Assembly (NCBI GenBank): GCA_030390025.1
Contig: CM059431.1
Span: 95,234,001-95,298,000, forward strand
DNA length: 64,000 nucleotides
From: Squalus acanthias
Taxonomy: Eukaryota
Reading direction: 5' to 3'
Part shown: one piece after another, positions 60,228 to 64,000 of the stretch
How the letters are laid out: each line of letters starts with the position of its first letter
Position numbering within the stretch: position 1 is the stretch's first letter
Made by a program: the position numbers and the translations under genes
Notes under the pieces: generated by a model
The model's database searches: none
Seen by the model: the letters and a program-made list of their open reading frames with translations, nothing else
Told to the model about the DNA's origin: nothing

Positions 60228-62484
60228 TGAGAAGGTGGTGGTGAGCCGCCTTCTTGAACCGCTGCAGTCCGTGTGGTGAAGATGCTCCCACAGTGCTGTT
60301 GGGGAGGGAGTTCCAGGATTTTGACCCAGCAACTATGAAGGAACAGCGATATATTTCCAAGTCAGGATGGTGTGTGACTTGGAGGGGAACTTGGAGGTGG
60401 TGGTGTTCCCATGCGCCTGCTGCCCTTGTCCTTCTAGGTGGTAGAGGTCGTGGGTTTGTGAGGTGCTGTCAAAGAAGCCTTGGGGAGTTGCTGCAGTGCA
60501 TCTTGTAGATGGTATACACTGCAGCCACGGTACGCCGGTGGTGGAGGGAGTGAATGTTCAAGGTGGTGGATGGGGTGCCAATCAAGCAGGCTACTTTGTC
60601 CTGGATGATGTCGAGCTTCTTGGGTGTTGTTGGAGCTGCACTCATCCAGGCAAGTGGAGAGTATTCCATCACACTCCTTACTTGTGCTTTGTAGATGGTG
60701 GAAAGGCTTTGGGGAGTCAGGAGGTGAGACACTCGTTGCAAAATACCCAGCCTCTGACCTGCTCTTGTAGCCACAGTATTTATATGGCCGGTCCAGTTAA
60801 GTTTCTGATCAATGGTGACCCCCCAGGATGTTGATGTTGGGAGATTCGGTGAAGGTAATGCTGTTGAATGTCAAGGGGCGGTGGTGAGATGCTCCCTTGG
60901 AGATAGTCATTGCCTGGCACTTGTGTGGTGCGAATGTTACTTGCCACTTATCAGCCCAAGCCCTCCTCCTGTCAGTTGCTTAATGGTCCACCACCATTCA
61001 TGACTAGATGTGGCAGGACTGCAGAGCTTTGATCTGATCCGTTGGTTGTGGGATCGCTTAGCTCTGCCTATAGAATGCTATTCTGCTTTTTAGCATGCAT
61101 GTAGTCCTGTGTTGCAGCTTCCCTGGTTGGCACCTCATTTTTAGGTATGCCTGATGCTGCTCCTGGCATGCACTTCTACACTCCTCATTGAACCAGGGTT
61201 GGTCCCCTGGCTTGATGGTAATGGTAGAGTGAGGGATATGCCAGGCCATGAGGTCACAGATTGTGGTGAAATGCAATTCTGATGATACTGATGGCCCACA
61301 ACACCTCATGGATGTCCAGTTTTGAGCTGCTAGATCTGTTCTGAATCTATCCCATTTCGCACAGTGGTAGTGCCACACAACATGACGGAGGGTGTCCTTA
61401 GTGCGAAGATGGGATTTCGTCTCCACAAGGACTGTGCGGTGGCCACTGCTACCAATACTGTCATGGACAGATGCATCTGTGACAGGTAGATTGGTGAGGA
61501 TGAGGTCAAGTAGGTTTTTCCCTCGTGTTGGTTCTCTCACCACCTGTCGCCGGCCCAGACTGGCAGTTATGTCCTTCAGGACTTGGCCAGTAGTGGTGCT
61601 ACCGAGCCACTCTTGGTGATGGACAGTGAAGTCCCCCACCCAGAGTACATTCTGTGCCCTTGCTACCCTCAGTGCTTCTTCCAAGTGGTATTCAACATGG
61701 AGGAGTACTGATTCATCAGCTGAGGGAGTGCGATAGGTGGTAATCAGCAGGAGGTTTCCTTGCCCATGCTTGACCTGATGCCATGAGACTTCTTTGGGTC
61801 CGGAGTCAATGTTAAGGACTCCCAGGGCCACTCCCCCATGACCATATAACACTGTGCCACCTGTCCTGCTGGTGGGACAGGACATACCCAGGGATGGTGA
61901 TGGAGGAGTCTGCGACATTGGCTGAAAGGTATGATTCTGTGAGAATGACTATGTCAGGCTGTCGCTTGACTTGTCTGTGGGACAGCTCTCCCAATTTTGG
62001 CACAAGTCCCCAGATGTTGGTGAGGAGGACTTTGCAGGGTCGACTGGGCTGGGTGTGCCATTGTCGTGTCCGAAGCAGGTGCCGATGCTGGGTGGTCCGT
62101 CCATTTTTTTAATTCTTATTGTTTCTTGCAGCGGTTTGTTATAACTGAGTGGCTTGCTAGGCCATTTCAGAGGGCAGTTAGGAGCCAACCACATTGCTGA
62201 GTGTCTGGAATCACATATAAAGCCAAACCAGGTAAGGACCGCAGATTTTGTTCCCTGAAGGATATTAGTGAACCAGATGGATTTTTGCGACAATCCGGTC
62301 GTTTCATGGTTACCATTACTGATACTAGCTTTTTATTCCAGATTTACTTAAAAACCTGAATTGAAATTCCACAGCTGCCGTGGAAGAAGATATAATTTCT
62401 CTGTGGGGTAGGTGATGTGAGCTTAGGTTTTACACGTCACCAAATTACGAGTCCAGTAACACAATCACTATGCTACCGTGCCCT
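60228..62484 (-). mobile_element. Single-ORF CR1-clade LINE, copy C, with RT core deleted
   Basis: EN ORFs 61058-62003 and C-terminal ORF 60469-60774; junction at ~60960 lacks ~1 kb present in copies A and B; tRNA-like 5' head. Confidence 0.88.
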
Positions 62485-63236
62485 TGTACATAAATCATGT
62501 CATGGGATATAAGCGTTCAAATGCTTAAAATGTTTGAAATTCTTGCTGCTATTTCAGCAGAAGTGGTAAGCCATTTATTCTGAATGGGTTAATGCAGCTA
62601 CTAAAATAGCAGACAAATATGTTAATTATTCATGCATTAATATCCCAGAGCATAATTTTAAGGCCATGGAAAATTCTATTTTGTTAAACTAATATTATTC
62701 TATTGATGTAAGTGTTAATTGGAGAATTAGGTTATTGGAGGGATGAGCTTTGTTGGAAAATTTAGGATACTTGCTGGATGAGCTTCCACGGGAGATTTAA
62801 TTACTAGAGTCCATGGGAATGTGTGTACCAGAGGAATGGGTTTTGATATGAAAGTTAACATTTGAGAAGGATGAGCTTCAGTGGAAGATTTAGAGTACAC
62901 GATGGCTGAGCTTCAGTGGCAGTTACGTTGTTAAAGGGTTCAGGCTTAGATGGAAGTTAGAACACTAGAAGGATGAGCTCTGGTGGGTTTAATGGCCTTT
63001 CTTATATCCCCTGTTGTTGTAATCATTTCACATCTTGAGTGAACTATTGTGTCCTACAATCAACAGGCCTTTAAAACCTAAGCTAGCATCACCTACCCCA
63101 CAGCTTCGGCTGGACCACTAAACAGGGTATGTGCAGTGCACCCCCCGCCCAATACTGTCCGACAATAATCGGAGTCTTTTCATTATAAATGGCCCTGCCT
63201 CCTGGCTCGGGGTCGCAAAAATAAGGACACCTGCAC

Positions 63237-63530
63237 ATAGAAACATTTACAACACAGAAGGAGACTGTTGGGATCGTCTGTGCTGACTCTTTGCCAGAGC
63301 AATCTAAACTAATCCAACATCTGCTGTTTCCTTGTATTTTTCTTGCTTCAAATATGCATCCAATTTTCCCTTAAAAGGCGCAATGGTTTCTCCCTCAAAT
63401 ACTTACAACTCACTAAGTAAATCATTTTCTCCTCACTCCTCTCCTCGCTCTATTAATCACAATTTTAAGTTGATCACTCTGATCACTAACTCCCCAAACA
63501 GAAGAAATAGATTTTCCCTAGTCGCTGTAT
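63237..63530 (-). mobile_element. Old CR1 3' fragment
   Basis: ATAGAAACATTTACAACACAGAAGGAG tail; homologous to 47701-48030. Confidence 0.6.
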
Positions 63531-64000
63531 CATATTAGGAAAGTTAGGACAAAGCCGGTTAATAATAGCTTGGCCTTATTTAGTGATCGGTACCCTCCTT
63601 CTAGGGAAGCACAGTGTATTTATAAATTGCAATTGTTAAGAACACAATTTGATTTCCGTTTGTAATTCCTTCCAAAATGTGGTTCCTTTAGACAATACTT
63701 TATGAAAGAGATCGAAAGGAAATAAAAGTAAGCATTACGGAGAATGCATTGTGATTGAGACTACATTTGAATTGAAATCCCAAATGAAAAACTGGGCAGC
63801 TGCTCCTCTTTGTCACTGAGCCTCCCACTCTCCCTATCCCCGTTACACACTCCACAGTCTCCAGACCCACAGCCAGTTTTATGAAGTTTTGCCTTCTGAC
63901 AGTCAACTTAGACACGACTCAGGTAACGGCAGCTCTTTAGCTCTGCGGGTAATTTTAACATCACTGGCGGGGGCTTGGGTTTGGTGGGAGGTCAGTTCCA

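Overview
Eukaryotic, repeat-saturated intergenic or intronic DNA with no host gene I can support. The repeat types (HE1-like tRNA SINE, SacSINE1/Deu-like SINE, CR1, L2, Penelope-like pieces) suggest a cartilaginous fish (inference). The window holds about a dozen PIF/Harbinger DNA transposons and derivatives, several CR1 and L2 LINEs, three copies of a single-ORF CR1-clade LINE, SINEs and Penelope-like fold-back fragments, many of them deeply nested. Three Harbingers are full length, each with a DDE transposase facing a three-exon Myb/SANT-coiled-coil gene. Best observation: two near-identical ~4.1-kb Harbingers lie in inverted orientation (43291-47438, 53411-57551) with reciprocal lesions. 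Copy 1 has an intact transposase and a frameshifted Myb gene; copy 2 has an intact Myb gene and a nonsense plus D-to-N transposase, so together they encode one complete set. Also notable: a LINE with no visible ORF1 and a tRNA-like 5' head, degenerate hammerhead-like cores in Penelope remnants, and two multi-layer nested insertion stacks. Family names come from motif recognition, not database searches, and boundaries of degraded elements are approximate.
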